Positions 14,380 to 26,300 of a DNA stretch of 64,000 nucleotides are shown one piece after another. The notes beneath the pieces are model-generated. The model was not told the origin of the DNA and ran no database searches. It was given only the letters and a program-made list of their open reading frames with translations. The position numbers and the translations under genes are program-made. The DNA is from Octopus bimaculoides (lineage: Eukaryota). The stretch is taken from NCBI RefSeq assembly GCF_001194135.2, contig NC_068985.1, positions 98,079,279 through 98,143,278 of the forward strand, read 5' to 3'. Each line of letters begins with the position of its first letter. The stretch's first letter is position 1.

Positions 14380-14737
14380 CGAGGGTTCCAGTTGATCCGA
14401 TCAACAGAACAGCCTGCTCGTGAAATTAATGTGCAAGTGGCTGAGCACTCCACAGACACGTGTACCCTTTACGTAATTTTCAGGGAGATTCAGCGTGACA
14501 CAGAGTGTGACAAAGCTGACCCTTTGAAATACAGGTACAACAGAAACAGGAGGAAAGAGTGAGAGAAAGTTGTGGTGAAAGAGTACAGCAAGGTTCGCCA
14601 CCATAACCTGCCGGAGCCTCGTGGAACTTTAGGTGTTTTCGCTCAATAAACACTCACAACGTCCGGTCTGGGAATTGAAACCGTGATCCTACAACCGCGA
14701 GTCCGCTGCCCTAACCACTGGGCCATTGTGCATCCAC
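14380..14737 (-). mobile_element. SINE family D copy with 11-bp TSD
   Basis: Reverse complement of 21798-22370; GCAAGTCTGGA at 14369-14379 and 14738-14748. Confidence 0.85.
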
Positions 14738-15914
14738 GCAAGTCTGGAAAAGTGGATGTTAAATAATGATGATAATGGAGGAAAATTTGCTCTTCATCCC
14801 TCTGATTTTTATGAAAACAAGCACCAGACATGTAAAGGATTTGATTTAACCACCTGATAACTCCTGCAGGTATGTGGATCTTGTGTAAATATAAGAAAAC
14901 ATGCCAATAGTCAAATTAATGAGTTGGCTTTGTGAGGTACAGGGGTGTAGATGAAGAATTTGACTGTTAAGGGTTCTAATTGAGAATGGTAACTGGGATA
15001 CACCTGTTCTTTAATTGTTTTCCTGTTTTCATTTGAAATTTTAGGTTTGATAAAACTGATTCAACTGATAGTGGGAGAAGGAATTAAAACTGAAAAAAAA
15101 AAAAAAAATTGCTATGAAAAGAGAAATTAAATGATGAATAATAAAAATATGGTTTCATTAAAAGAAAAAGAAAATAATTGGAATTTGAATCAAATTCAAT
15201 TTTAGTTTGTTTAGAAAAAAAAGTTAGTGTCTATGAAATTTTAAATAAAAAGACAAATGTTTAAAAATATTTCATTCAAATGAAACAAAATCTTTAGAAA
15301 TGTCTTCTCTCTTAAGGCATCATATCAGTCAACCATAAACATACCTAGCCTCACTTCATGGNNNNNNNNNNGAAAAAAAAAAAAAAAATTGCTATGAAAA
15401 GAGAAATTAAATGATGAATAATAAAAATATGGTTTCATTAAAAGAAAAAGAAAATAATTGGAATTTGAATCAAATTCAATTTTAGTTTGTTTAGAAAAAA
15501 AAGTTAGTGTCTATGAAATTTTAAATAAAAAGACAAATGTTTAAAAATATTTCATTCAAATGAAACAAAATCTTTAGAAATGTCTTCTCTCTTAAGGCAT
15601 CATATCAGTCAACCATAAACATACCTAGCCTCACTTCATGGCTCATTAAAGACCTGTTTACTGATCTGTAAAATATGTCATGTATCATTCCACAGTATAG
15701 GAGGTGGGGTTTTACTATATAGTCTCTTGATTTGTTAATAATAGCAGCCAAATTTCCCTCCTATCATCCTCAACCATTTTAAGAAAAATAGACCTACATT
15801 CTGGATAATATAGTCTTGTATGCATTATTGTGCCTTAAATTAAGGCAGGGTAATCACTTTAGGAGTGTCTTTGAGTATAGAAATACACAAAGGTCACCTG
15901 TACTTTTCGAATTT

Positions 15915-16409
15915 ACATCTCTCTCTCTCTCTCATTATATATCTCTCCTTCTATCTTTCTCTTCCCTACATCTCTCCCTCTCTTTCTTTGCCTCTCTTTT
16001 TCTCTGCCTCTTTTGTTCCATGCCTCCCTTTGTATCTCCCTATCTCTCTCTCTGTATCTCCCCATTTCTCCCTCTCTCTCCCTCCCTCCCTCCGTCTCTC
16101 TCTTTCTCTCTCTCTCTCTCCTCCCTCCNNNNNNNNNNNNNNNNNNNNNNNNNNNNNNNNNNNNNNNNNNNNNNNNNNNNNNNNNNNNNNNNNNNNNNNN
16201 NNNNNNNNNNNNNNNNNNNNNNNNNNNNNNNNNNNNNNNNNNNNNNNNNNNNNNNNNNNNNNNNNNNNNNNNNNNNNNNNNNNNNNNNNNNNNNNNNNNN
16301 NNNNNNNNNNNNNNNNNNNNNNNNNNNNNNNNNNNNNNNNNNNNNNNNNNNNNNNNNNNNNNNNNNNNNNNNNNNNNNNNNNNNNNNNNNNNNNNNNNNN
16401 NNNNNNNNN

Positions 16410-16453
<44 letters not shown>

Positions 16454-16684
16454 CTATCTCCGTTGCTCTTTTACTCTTTCTCACTTTTTCAGTCTCTCTC
16501 TCTCTCTGTCTGTCTCTCTCTTACTATCTCCGTTGCTCTCTTACTCTCTCTCTCACTCATTCAGTCCCTAACTCTCTCTCTGTCTCTCTCTCTCTCTCTC
16601 TGCCTGTCTCTCTCTGTCTCTCTCTGTCTTTCTCTCTCTCTCTCTGTGTCTCTCACTCTCTCTCTGTGTCTCTCACTCTCTCTC

Positions 16685-16716
<32 letters not shown>

Positions 16717-17050
16717 CGTCTCTCTCTCTCTCTGTCTGTATGTGTGTCTCTCTCTCTATGTCCCTCTCTCTGTCTCTCTCTCCCCATCTCTCTTTCTGTA
16801 TCTCCCCCATCTCTTTCTTTCTCTGTATCTCTCTCTTTGTATTTCTCTTTCTCTCTCTTTGTATTTCTCTTTCTCTCTCTTTGTATTTCTCTTTCTCTCT
16901 CTGTCTCCCCCTCTCTCTCTTCTTTTCTTTTTCTCTCTCTCTGTCTCCCCCTCTCTCTCTTCTTTTCTTTTTCTCTCTCTCTTCTTTTCTTTTCTCTCTC
17001 TCGCCCTTTTCTTTCTCCTCTCCCTCCCTCTCTCACCCCCCTCTTCTCTT
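15915..17050. repeat. Large (CT)-rich low-complexity block with internal assembly gap
   Basis: Direct reading; N-run 16129-16409. Confidence 0.95.
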
Positions 17051-17680
17051 CTATGAGAAGCTAATCAGTTCTTAATTTTCACTGTAGGATCTCAATCTAA
17101 TATCATTTCTCACAATCACCTCACAATCACCTCACCTCTCCACACAAATACAATGTTTGCACTAACACACTCACAGTAACAGACATACCTACTCACTCAT
17201 TCTCTCTCTCTCTCTCTCTCTCAAACACACACACACCAACCATAATTAAGACAGAAGTGACAAGCTGCTCTACTTTCTTCCCTTATGGCAGCAGGCCAAA
17301 CTTTAACCGTTCTTTATCTATTCTAGTCTTCAATGTCTCTCTGCTTTCCCACCATCAAGCCTTCCTACATCATCATTGTTCTCTTTCCTATCTACATCAT
17401 TTATTCTTTGCAATTCTTCACCCGTGACCCTCCGGCATATTTACCTCCCCACCACCATAATGTTTCTACTCCAGTTTTGCCATTCTAAAGCAAGTATCAA
17501 ATTATTAAATATAGCCACCCGCTTCACCCACCTTTAACTCTTTCCATACCAACCAGCCTGAGACCTAACCATACTTAAGTGTTCGTATTTTAATTAAAAT
17601 CTCAATCAAAATCTCATAACATGAAAATTCATTTGGTTAACCTCAACATAGAAATCATTATTAAATGGACATTTGAAAAG

Positions 17681-17880
17681 ATTATTACACCTCTGCCTTA
17701 GCAAAGGCAGAGGTATTGTTTTCAGTCATGTTTATTTGTTTGTCCATGGACAAGATATCTGAAGAACCGCTGGATGGATTCGGGTGAAACTTTCAGGGAT
17801 GTCTGGCCTCGTGACTGGCACAAACTGATTAAATTTTGGGATTGTTCGGATACCAGACAAGGATTCTGGATTATTTATTA
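17681..17880 (+). mobile_element. Possible non-autonomous Helentron (HINE/DINE-1-like) 5' fragment
   Basis: ATTATTACACCTCTGCC start; perfect 10-bp hairpin 17690-17699/17704-17713; then GTTT-rich tract and GGATGGATT..TGAAACTTTCAGG..ATTAAATTTTGG, resembling recalled metazoan HINE consensuses. Confidence 0.4.
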
Positions 17881-18254
17881 TATTTACTTTACATGAAGTA
17901 TTACGATCTTATGTTAACTTTCAAGTCGTTCTCTTATTATTTCCCTTGAAAGCATGCTCATGGTTTCCATGTAAGTTATGGTGGAATTGCTGTTTCCAAA
18001 GTTTTATTATCGTTTCTCTATTATTAATTTTATTCCTGTCTCTATCTTAGTAGAAACTGATGGATAAAGAAATCAAAGTACATAAATAAATGGCAGCGAA
18101 ACCGTTTGGAGATTATATAACACTAACATATTCAGTAACAATAATAAATTTAATTTATCCTTGACAATTCTTAGTTTTACCAGTTTTGAATATATCACTC
18201 ATGTTTAAACCACCTCTTACTTGACAATTATATTTCTAACTCTGCCTTGAAGGA

Positions 18255-18430
18255 AGCTTTACTTCTTGGACTCATGTTTTTGTGCACAATGATGTTAAAT
18301 GTCCGTTAACAGCACCGTATGCAGATCCTTTCCATTTTCTTTCACACACAGATAAATTTTTCGCTATAGACCTTAATGGGTCTATAAAGACATTACATCA
18401 ATAGATAGACTAAAAAAGGCCTTTTCAGTT
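18255..18430 (+). mobile_element. Gypsy/Ty3 integrase C-terminal (GPY/F) relic
   Basis: TSWTHVFVHNDVKCPLTAPYADPFHFLSHTDKFFAIDLNG, then after a frameshift SIDRLKKAF; resembles THVFVRxD..PLxPPYxGP..SIDRLKPA. Confidence 0.7.
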
Positions 18431-19842
18431 TTTGTTGGAGGAACTTTAAGAAATCAAAGACTGTGAGTTCTAGTTTATGAAGTTTATTGAAGGTTTTGTT
18501 TAGGAATAGATAGTATTGTGTTTTGTATTTTTCTGATAAGTGTTAATACCTGTGTTAGAGCGACTGAAGCATCATTGTCATCATCATCATTTAATGTCTG
18601 CTTCCCATGCTGGAACGTGTTGGATGGCTTGACAGGGGCTGGCAAGGCTGGAAGCTGCACCAGGCCCCATTTCTGTTTCGGCAGGTTTTCTATGGCTAAC
18701 CTTAACTCTTTCTAATCACAACCACTTTATTGAATGTACTGGGTGCTTTTTCTGTGGTATCAGCACTAGTGCTAGGATATTTTTTATTGTCTTTGTTCAT
18801 AGATTTACAAGTGTGTTTCACTGGAATTTACACTATGTTGGCTGTTTATGCAAAAAAGGAAGAGTGTACAGAAGCCCTGTTGCATATCAGACAAAAGGAT
18901 ATGGATTATAGAGGGTCTCACCGACACATTGTATTGAAGTAGTCTAGTAGAGACCTTGTAATCCAAGAGGTGGGTGCGTTCTACATGTGAGCCACTTGAT
19001 TTGAAGCTTCTCATAAAGAATATGGCCAAAGGCTTTGCAGATGTCAAGTGTAATAACATTGCTTTTGGTAAAGTTCTCAAAAGCTAGAAACCACTAGTGT
19101 GTAATTTCCTGTGGAGACAGAAATCTCAATAATTTGGTTGTCAGACATAAACTCTCCCTTTCTATTCATTCTGTTCTCTCTTTCTCCATTAACTTCTCTC
19201 TTCATTGATCTTTCTCTCTTTCTCCCTCCAGTTTTTAATGTCAGAATTATTTTAGAGACAAACCAAATTAGAATTAACATGTTTTACCCATTCATACTTA
19301 GTTTCCTCAGTCTATACTAATGAGAATGTTATTTGAAGTTAATTTTATCAAATCAAAATAAATTAAAAAAAAAGTTTTCATGAACTAAAATAAAATTTGC
19401 AAAGTTGAATCAAAATCAAAGTAGTAATTGTAGCAGTGGTGGTGGTGGTGGTGGTGGTGGTAATGAAATGTAGAATTTGGGAGAAGAATATAGCGAATTA
19501 TATTGGTCCCAGAATTTAACTGGTACTTTAGTTTCGTCATTATCAAACGTCCATTTTTCCATGCTGGCATGAGTTGGATGGTTTGACAGGAGCTGGAAAG
19601 CCAGGGAGCTGCACTAAGNNNNNNNNNNNNNNNNNNNNNNNNNNNNNNNNNNNNNNNNNNNNNNNNNNNNNNNNNNNNNNNNNNNNNNNNNNNNNNNNNN
19701 NNNNNNNNNNNNNNNNNNNNNNNNNNGTCAACCTCAGCAGAATTCAAACTCAGAACATAAAAACAAACCGAATGCCTCTAAGAAATTTTGTCAAGCATTC
19801 TAATGATTCTACCAACTCATAATAATAATAATAATGATAATC

Positions 19843-19908
<66 letters not shown>

Positions 19909-19924
19909 TTTTTATTATTATTAT

Positions 19925-20139
19925 CCTTTCTATTAAAAGTACAAGGCCTGAAATTTTGTGGGAGGGGACTAGTTGATTACATCAACCCTCCAGTTTTTCA
20001 CTTATACTTTATTTATTGACCCTGAAAGAATGAAAGATAAAGTTAACCTTGGCAGAATTTGAACTCAGAGCATAAAGATGAGTGAAATGCTGCCAAGCAT
20101 TTTTCCTTGCATGATAACTACTCTGCCAGCTCTTCGCCT
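19925..20139 (-). mobile_element. SINE family B copy, 100 bp upstream of the TTYH TM1 exon
   Basis: Reverse complement of 40632-40845; (ATT)n tail. Confidence 0.8.
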
Positions 20140-20238
20140 TAATAATAATAATGATGATGATGATGATGATAATATTAATAATAATTTATAGATTAATTTT
20201 ATAATTAATCTAAATGCATTTTTTGTTGTTTTTTACAG

Positions 20239-20399
20239 ACACTGCTGTTTTGGACTGGTGTATTTGTCGGATGGGCTGTTATAATCCAGCTGTTGATGTT
20301 TTTATACATCTGTTGCATTTGTTGCAAGAAGAAAAAGAAGAAGCATCGGGAAGTAAAGTGTATACGATGTTTCATGGCAATATTCATATTTGTTTGCGC
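20239..20399 (+). CDS. TTYH: TTYH exon: TM1, Cys/Lys-rich cytosolic loop, start of TM2
   Basis: ttttacag|ACA...TGC GC|gtaagt; 161 nt; TLLFWTGVFVGWAVIIQLLMFLYICCICCKKKKKKHREVKCIRCFMAIFIFVC(A). Confidence 0.9.
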
Positions 20400-23300
20400 G
20401 TAAGTTGTTCATTTTCCTTGTTCTTCTTTGTTACTAACTTCCAAAAACAGATGATACATTGTTGGTTTAAAAATTTTCTCTTATTTTATTTATTATTATT
20501 ATTATTATTATTTTTTTTTTTTTTTTAGTCCTAGGACTCTTAAAGTTGGTTGCTAGGTTTTCATGGTACATCAGTGACACCTAGATTATAACATTCCTCC
20601 TGAATGGTATGCTGGTCTGTTGCAGGATTCAGGCCCAGCAATTTTGAGGCATGTGCCAGTCCCGTGTGGCTCCTGTGCAAGTGGCATGTAAAAAGCACCC
20701 GCTTCACTCTCGGAATGGTTGGCATCCAGCTGTAGAAACCTTGCCAGATCAGATTGGAGGGAGGAAAGGCAAAATTGACCTTGGCAGGATTTGAACTCAG
20801 AATGTAAAGCACCAAAAGAAATACCATTAAGCAATTTTGTCTAACATTTCCACTAACTCACTGCCCTACAATGCTAGGTTACAGTTAATCAGAAAGACAG
20901 GTGTTATCTATCATCATAAAAATTATGGATATGAGAACACAAAATTTTGAAAATATATTTATATTTCTTAAATACCTTTCTCCTTGTCAGGAATGGAAAT
21001 TTTTAGATATTAATTAATTTTTTTTGTCTTCTCTGTCTAGAAGAATAATTTCCAGAAGCCAAAATATAAATTCCTTGTAGATTCATTAAATTCTTTGTTT
21101 TTAACTGAAATGATGCCGAAGGCTCTACTATGGATTACCAGAAATTTGTTGCAATATTTTCCCAAATATCAAGGGGCCAACAGTTTTTGCAAATTTTATT
21201 CTTTTGATTTCAATCTTTGTTTCAGTTTTGAATACATTAAAGTATGTAATAAAATAACCTTGTTGTTATTAAGCTGGTCTTAGGAACATATTATCATGCA
21301 ATTTTGATTGGAAGTTTTAATTTAGATAACTTTAAGACAAGTTTGTCTTGGTTAGGTTACTATTAAAAGAGTTAATCAGAGGAGGAACAGTGGCACCTCT
21401 GATCTCTCGTAGGGCTTTTAAGACTGGTAGGAAAAAGGGAGGGACAAAAACCAAACCATAACATCTGGGTTTTTGTGAGAGAGAGAGCAAGCAATGCATC
21501 AGAGTTTCAAGTTATTCCTAGACTAGAGGACTGGTCTCAGTTTCTATAAGAGAATCCATGCCTCTTACTCAAGTGTTTTAAACCTGCCATTGGATTAAGT
21601 CTACCATACAAGAACTGGTACAGCTCATCCAATCTACGAAGCTACATAATTTTAGTTTATAAGTCTTGAGTTGGCCTTTGACTATGGTAGAAGACACTTG
21701 CCCAAAGAGCAAAGAGAAGGATCATGCTTTGATTTACAAACTGCCAAACAAACTTCTTAACTATAGTGTTAAATATCAAGTCGTAATCTTCCCATGGGTG
21801 GAGGCGCAATGGTCCAGTGGTTAGGGCAGCGGACTCGCAGTCATAGGATCTTGGTTTCGATTCCCAGACCAGGCGTTGTGAGTGTTTATTGAGCGAAAAC
21901 ACCTAAAAGCTCCACGAGGCTCCGGCAGGAGATGGTGGTGAAACCCTGCTGTACTCTTTNNNNNNNNNNNNNNNNNNNNNNNNNNNNNNNNNNNNNNNNN
22001 NNNNNNNNNNNNNNNNNNNNNNNNNNNNNNNNNNNNNNNNNNNNNNNNNNNNNNNNNNNNNNNNNNNNNNNNNNNNNNNNNNNNNNNNNNNNGCTCCACG
22101 AGGCTCCGGCAGGGGATGGTGGCGAACCCTGCTGTACTCTTTCACCACAACTTTCTCTCACTCTTACTTCCTGTTTCTGTTGTGCCTGTAATTCAAAGGG
22201 TCAGCCTTGTCACACTGTGCCATGCTGAATCACCACGAGAACTACGTAAAGGGTACACGTGTCTGTGGAGTGCTCAGCCACTTGCATGTTAATTTCACGA
22301 GCAGGCTGTTCCATTGATCGGATCAACTGGAACCCTCGACATCGTAAGTGACGGATTGCGAACAAAAAACAATCTTCCCATGGATATTATAATTACTGGT
22401 CTTTCTACATGACATTTCAATTTGTAGCAGCAAGTTGATGAAGCATTTGGGAATTCTGCAACACTGTTACTACTTATAACACTTGTAGTACTTTGTTAGA
22501 GCCATGCAGATTTCACTGTCATTGTCCTGCTATAAAACTACTTATCCCTTGTGTAGTGGTTCAATACCTTGTCATCCCAGATATTATTATTCTTACTCAT
22601 ATTACTGCAGTCTAAGGTGACGAACTGGCAGAATTGGGAGCACACTGGTTTGTCAAATTCTGCCAAGGTCAACTATGCTTTTCACCCCTTCTAGGTCAAT
22701 AAAATAAGTACCAGTTGAACACTGGGGGGGGGGGGGGGCAATGTAATCAACTTGGTCGCTCCACCAAACTTGCTGGCCTTGTGCTAAAATCTGATAACAA
22801 TATTACTGCAGTCTCTGCTAAATAATACTGAAATATTGCTGGAGCTTCTGCTGAGTGTTTTAGAAGTGCTGTTGTAGTCTCTGCTAAATGGATATAATAA
22901 TTAGAGATAAAGAGAAATAATATTTAGCAGGGAGACTTAAGTACTTCTGCTAAATCTAATATGATAAATGTGAAAACTAATCTCTGTGTGTCAGTGTGTC
23001 TCACTTTGACTCCCACCCCTCTCACTATTCACTGACACTATTGTTGATGATGTTTTATTAAAAGTAGTAGTGTTGATGGTGGCAGTGGGAGTAATAAGAG
23101 AGAGAGTGAGAGAGAGGAAGAGTGTGGGTATGTGAGAAAGTGGGACTGAACACTGAATTCATTTTCTTAGTACCATCACAATCATCACCACATCTGCTAA
23201 ACACACACCATTCAGACTTCTGACGCTACCACCATCACCACTGTCCACTTCCCCTCCACCACCATCACCACTGTCCACTTCCCCTCCACCACCATCACNN

Positions 23301-26300
23301 NNNNNNNNNNNNNNNNNNNNNNNNNNNNNNNNNNNNNNNNNNNNNNNNNNNNNNNNNNNNNNNNNNNNNNNNNNNNNNNNNNNNNNNNNNNNNNNNNNNN
23401 NNNNNNNNNNNNNNNNNNNNNNNNNNNNNNNNNNNNNNNNNNNNNNNNNNNNNNNNNNNNNNNNNNNNNNNNNNNNNNNNNNNNNNNNNNNNNNNNNNNN
23501 NNNNNNNNNNACCATCACCACTGTCCACTTCCCCTACACCACCATCACCACTGTCCACTTCCCCCCACCATCACCACTGTCCACTTCCCCTACACCACCA
23601 TCACCACTGTCCACTTCCCCTCCACTACCATCACCACTGTCTGATCCAAGTGTACCTGTAGAATGGTAGTGAGAGGCTAACCTTGACTTTTGAGAGAGAG
23701 AGAGATAGAGAGAGAGAAAGAGAAAGAGAGAGAGGTGTGAGGGAGGGACTTAGCTGTTTCACCAGTAAAGTGTTTTTCTGTAACTTTATCTCCAGATATG
23801 CAAACCATTTTTATTTTAACCTTTATAAAGACAAGTGACCAAATTGCCATTTTGCATTAGAAATCTATTTGGCTATCTCTCCCTATATGCCTGTATATTT
23901 TTCGCTGTCTGTCTATCTTTCTGTCTTTTTGCCTCTCTCTCCTTCTCCTTGTCTGTATCTGTTTGACTCTCCTACATAACAGACAGACCTACACTATCTG
24001 TTTATTGAAAATCAAATTCTTTCCATCTACAGCTCTTTTAAATAAGACTTATTCTTTCATATTTTGTTAAAATGATTATTTTTCAAAGACTTCATTTGTA
24101 TTCTCTTTTCCCAAATGATTAATCAGATTCTACTTTTTCTTCATTTCCAGAGGTTCTCTCGCTGTTGGTTTCTATGGTAATGAAGAGACAAACCGAGGAA
24201 TGACTAAATTCATAACCCACTTAAAATCCACAACTGGTACAATCCGTGGCTCCCTATCTACAGTAAGTTGGCCATTGCTCTCGTCTTGTAATTTTAATTA
24301 TCTTTTGTTTAATGAATGACATTGGCAGATGTGGAATGACAGCAGCCATGGTCTTTGAGTTTCCACGAGTAAAGAAAGATAGGAAGAAACCATGGTTTGT
24401 GAGTTGTTGTTGTAGAAAGCAATGCACCAAGTCTCTGAGTTACCCTCAAGTTGGGGACCTGGCCTGAATGCTTTCAGCATAGCGGACTCTACTTAAAAGT
24501 AGTGGATTAAGATTATCCTCCAAGTTGAAACGTTAAAAAAAAATTTGGTACAATAGGGATTAAAGTTGATTTGGAAAATGCTGTAATTGTGGGAAAAGAA
24601 CTTGCTTAAGGACTAAGTAGTATAAAGAATGGTGGCCAATGGGAAGAGGTTTTGATGTTTATGGATGCAGTAGGAAAATGTATTGACTGTTGTGGGCATT
24701 GGATAGAGATGGGGATTATTGTGGGCCTAGTGTAGATGTGACAAAATTCACAGGCACATTTGATATATGTGGTGACTATTATCTGTAAATTGGGTGAGAG
24801 GTGGTAATTGTTGTAGATGTCTGACTTCAGTGGCACGTGAAAAGACATTCGAGTGAGGTCATTGCCAGTGCCGCTGGACTAGCTCCTGTACAGGTGGCAC
24901 GTAAAATACACCATTTTGAGCGTGGCCATTGCCAGTACCACCTGACTGGCCTTTGTGCCGGTGGCACGTAAAAGCACCCACTACACCCTCGGAGTGGTTG
25001 GCGTTAGGAAGGGCATCCAGCTGTAGAAACTCTGCCAAATCAGATTGGAGCCTGGTGAAGCCATCTGGCTCACCAGTCCTCAGTCAAATCATCCAACCCA
25101 TGCTAGCATGGAAAGCGGACGTTAAATGATGATGATGATGATGATGATGACACTGGATAGGGTGACAATGTTGTAGACATATAAGGTATGAATAAGTGTT
25201 GACAAGGAAATTAGATACAGAGTGCAATGTTCAGCTGTACCTTTTACATATCTGATGATAGTTATAGGCAAATTGTTGATGTGTAATAATATAGTTGGGG
25301 TAGGCATTGGTAGAGGATTGGAATAATAGGTTGCATTGTTTGCAAAAGATCAAATATCAAGGTGTATAATGTTGGTGATAATGAGCAACTGTAGGAGGGT
25401 GATTAAATTTTTGTGATGTCTAGATATCACTTGAGGTTCAGATTTGGTCATTTGATCACAATGAACTGATTCTTGTTGCTTAGTCTTCCATGATCAGATT
25501 GACCAGAGACTATGATCAAAGGTGTTTCAGCCTTGACCATACTTTCATTTGATTTTGTATTAGTCCATAGTGTATTTGATCATTCATTATATTTACTCAC
25601 TATTAAAGTGACAACACAATATTTTCTCTTCTTTACTCAGACAATGGGTAAGAATCAAAACATTAGTTCAGTTTCTGTGAGGAATGAGATTCTACCAAAG
25701 CTGTCTAGACCATCAGGTAGTAAGGTATGATCAGAGAACAATATGATTGCTATTTCTAACAGATCAGGTGACCATATAAAGACACCTTTGTTGGCTCATC
25801 TGGTGGAATCTAAGACATGCAATTAAAATATTCATCTTTAACTTAAAACGTGGAGAGAAAATTGTGTAGCCTATAACTGAGATAACTGGAAATATGGAAA
25901 CAGTAGAGACTATAGAAGAGACAAAAGCAAGTGTAAGATTAGTAAAAAGAACAATGGTAGCAAAACTATATTACTTTCAAATTGCTTAGCTTTAATCCTT
26001 CTTTTCCTTTGTATGTATAATTTCAGATTGATACAATAGACCAGTTATCATCCAGAATCACACATAATGTAGCTGAAGTGAAATTTATCTTTCATAGCTC
26101 AATAAAGAACAAAACTGTATCTCGTGATGCAATTGAGCTGATTGAGAAGTTTGTCTACAATACAAAACAAATGCGAGATTATTGCTCTTTCATCAGGCAA
26201 CAAACAGAACATAATCGACTGGATACAATATCTGCTCTTACTTCATTAGTGGAACCCTACAGGTAAGAACATGCTACTTCTAAGGCAGCCAAATAATGGT

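Noticed and set aside
15092-15641. Apparent perfect 270-bp tandem duplication
   Set aside because: The copies are identical and separated by exactly 10 N; this is typical of unmerged contig overlap, so an assembly artefact.
15816-17075. Longest ORFs in the track (251-399 aa, both strands)
   Set aside because: They are translations of (CT)n low-complexity sequence plus an N-gap (SLSLSL/ERERER); no splice or domain evidence.
21798-21875. tRNA gene (also heads at 10587, 43157, 44753, 40632)
   Set aside because: A and B boxes are present but there is no full cloverleaf, and each continues into a repeated SINE body, often with TSDs.
24520-25420. Purine-skewed flanks around the family C copy, possibly an old LINE endonuclease region on the minus strand
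   Set aside because: Could not recover a convincing catalytic motif by eye; BLASTX would be required.
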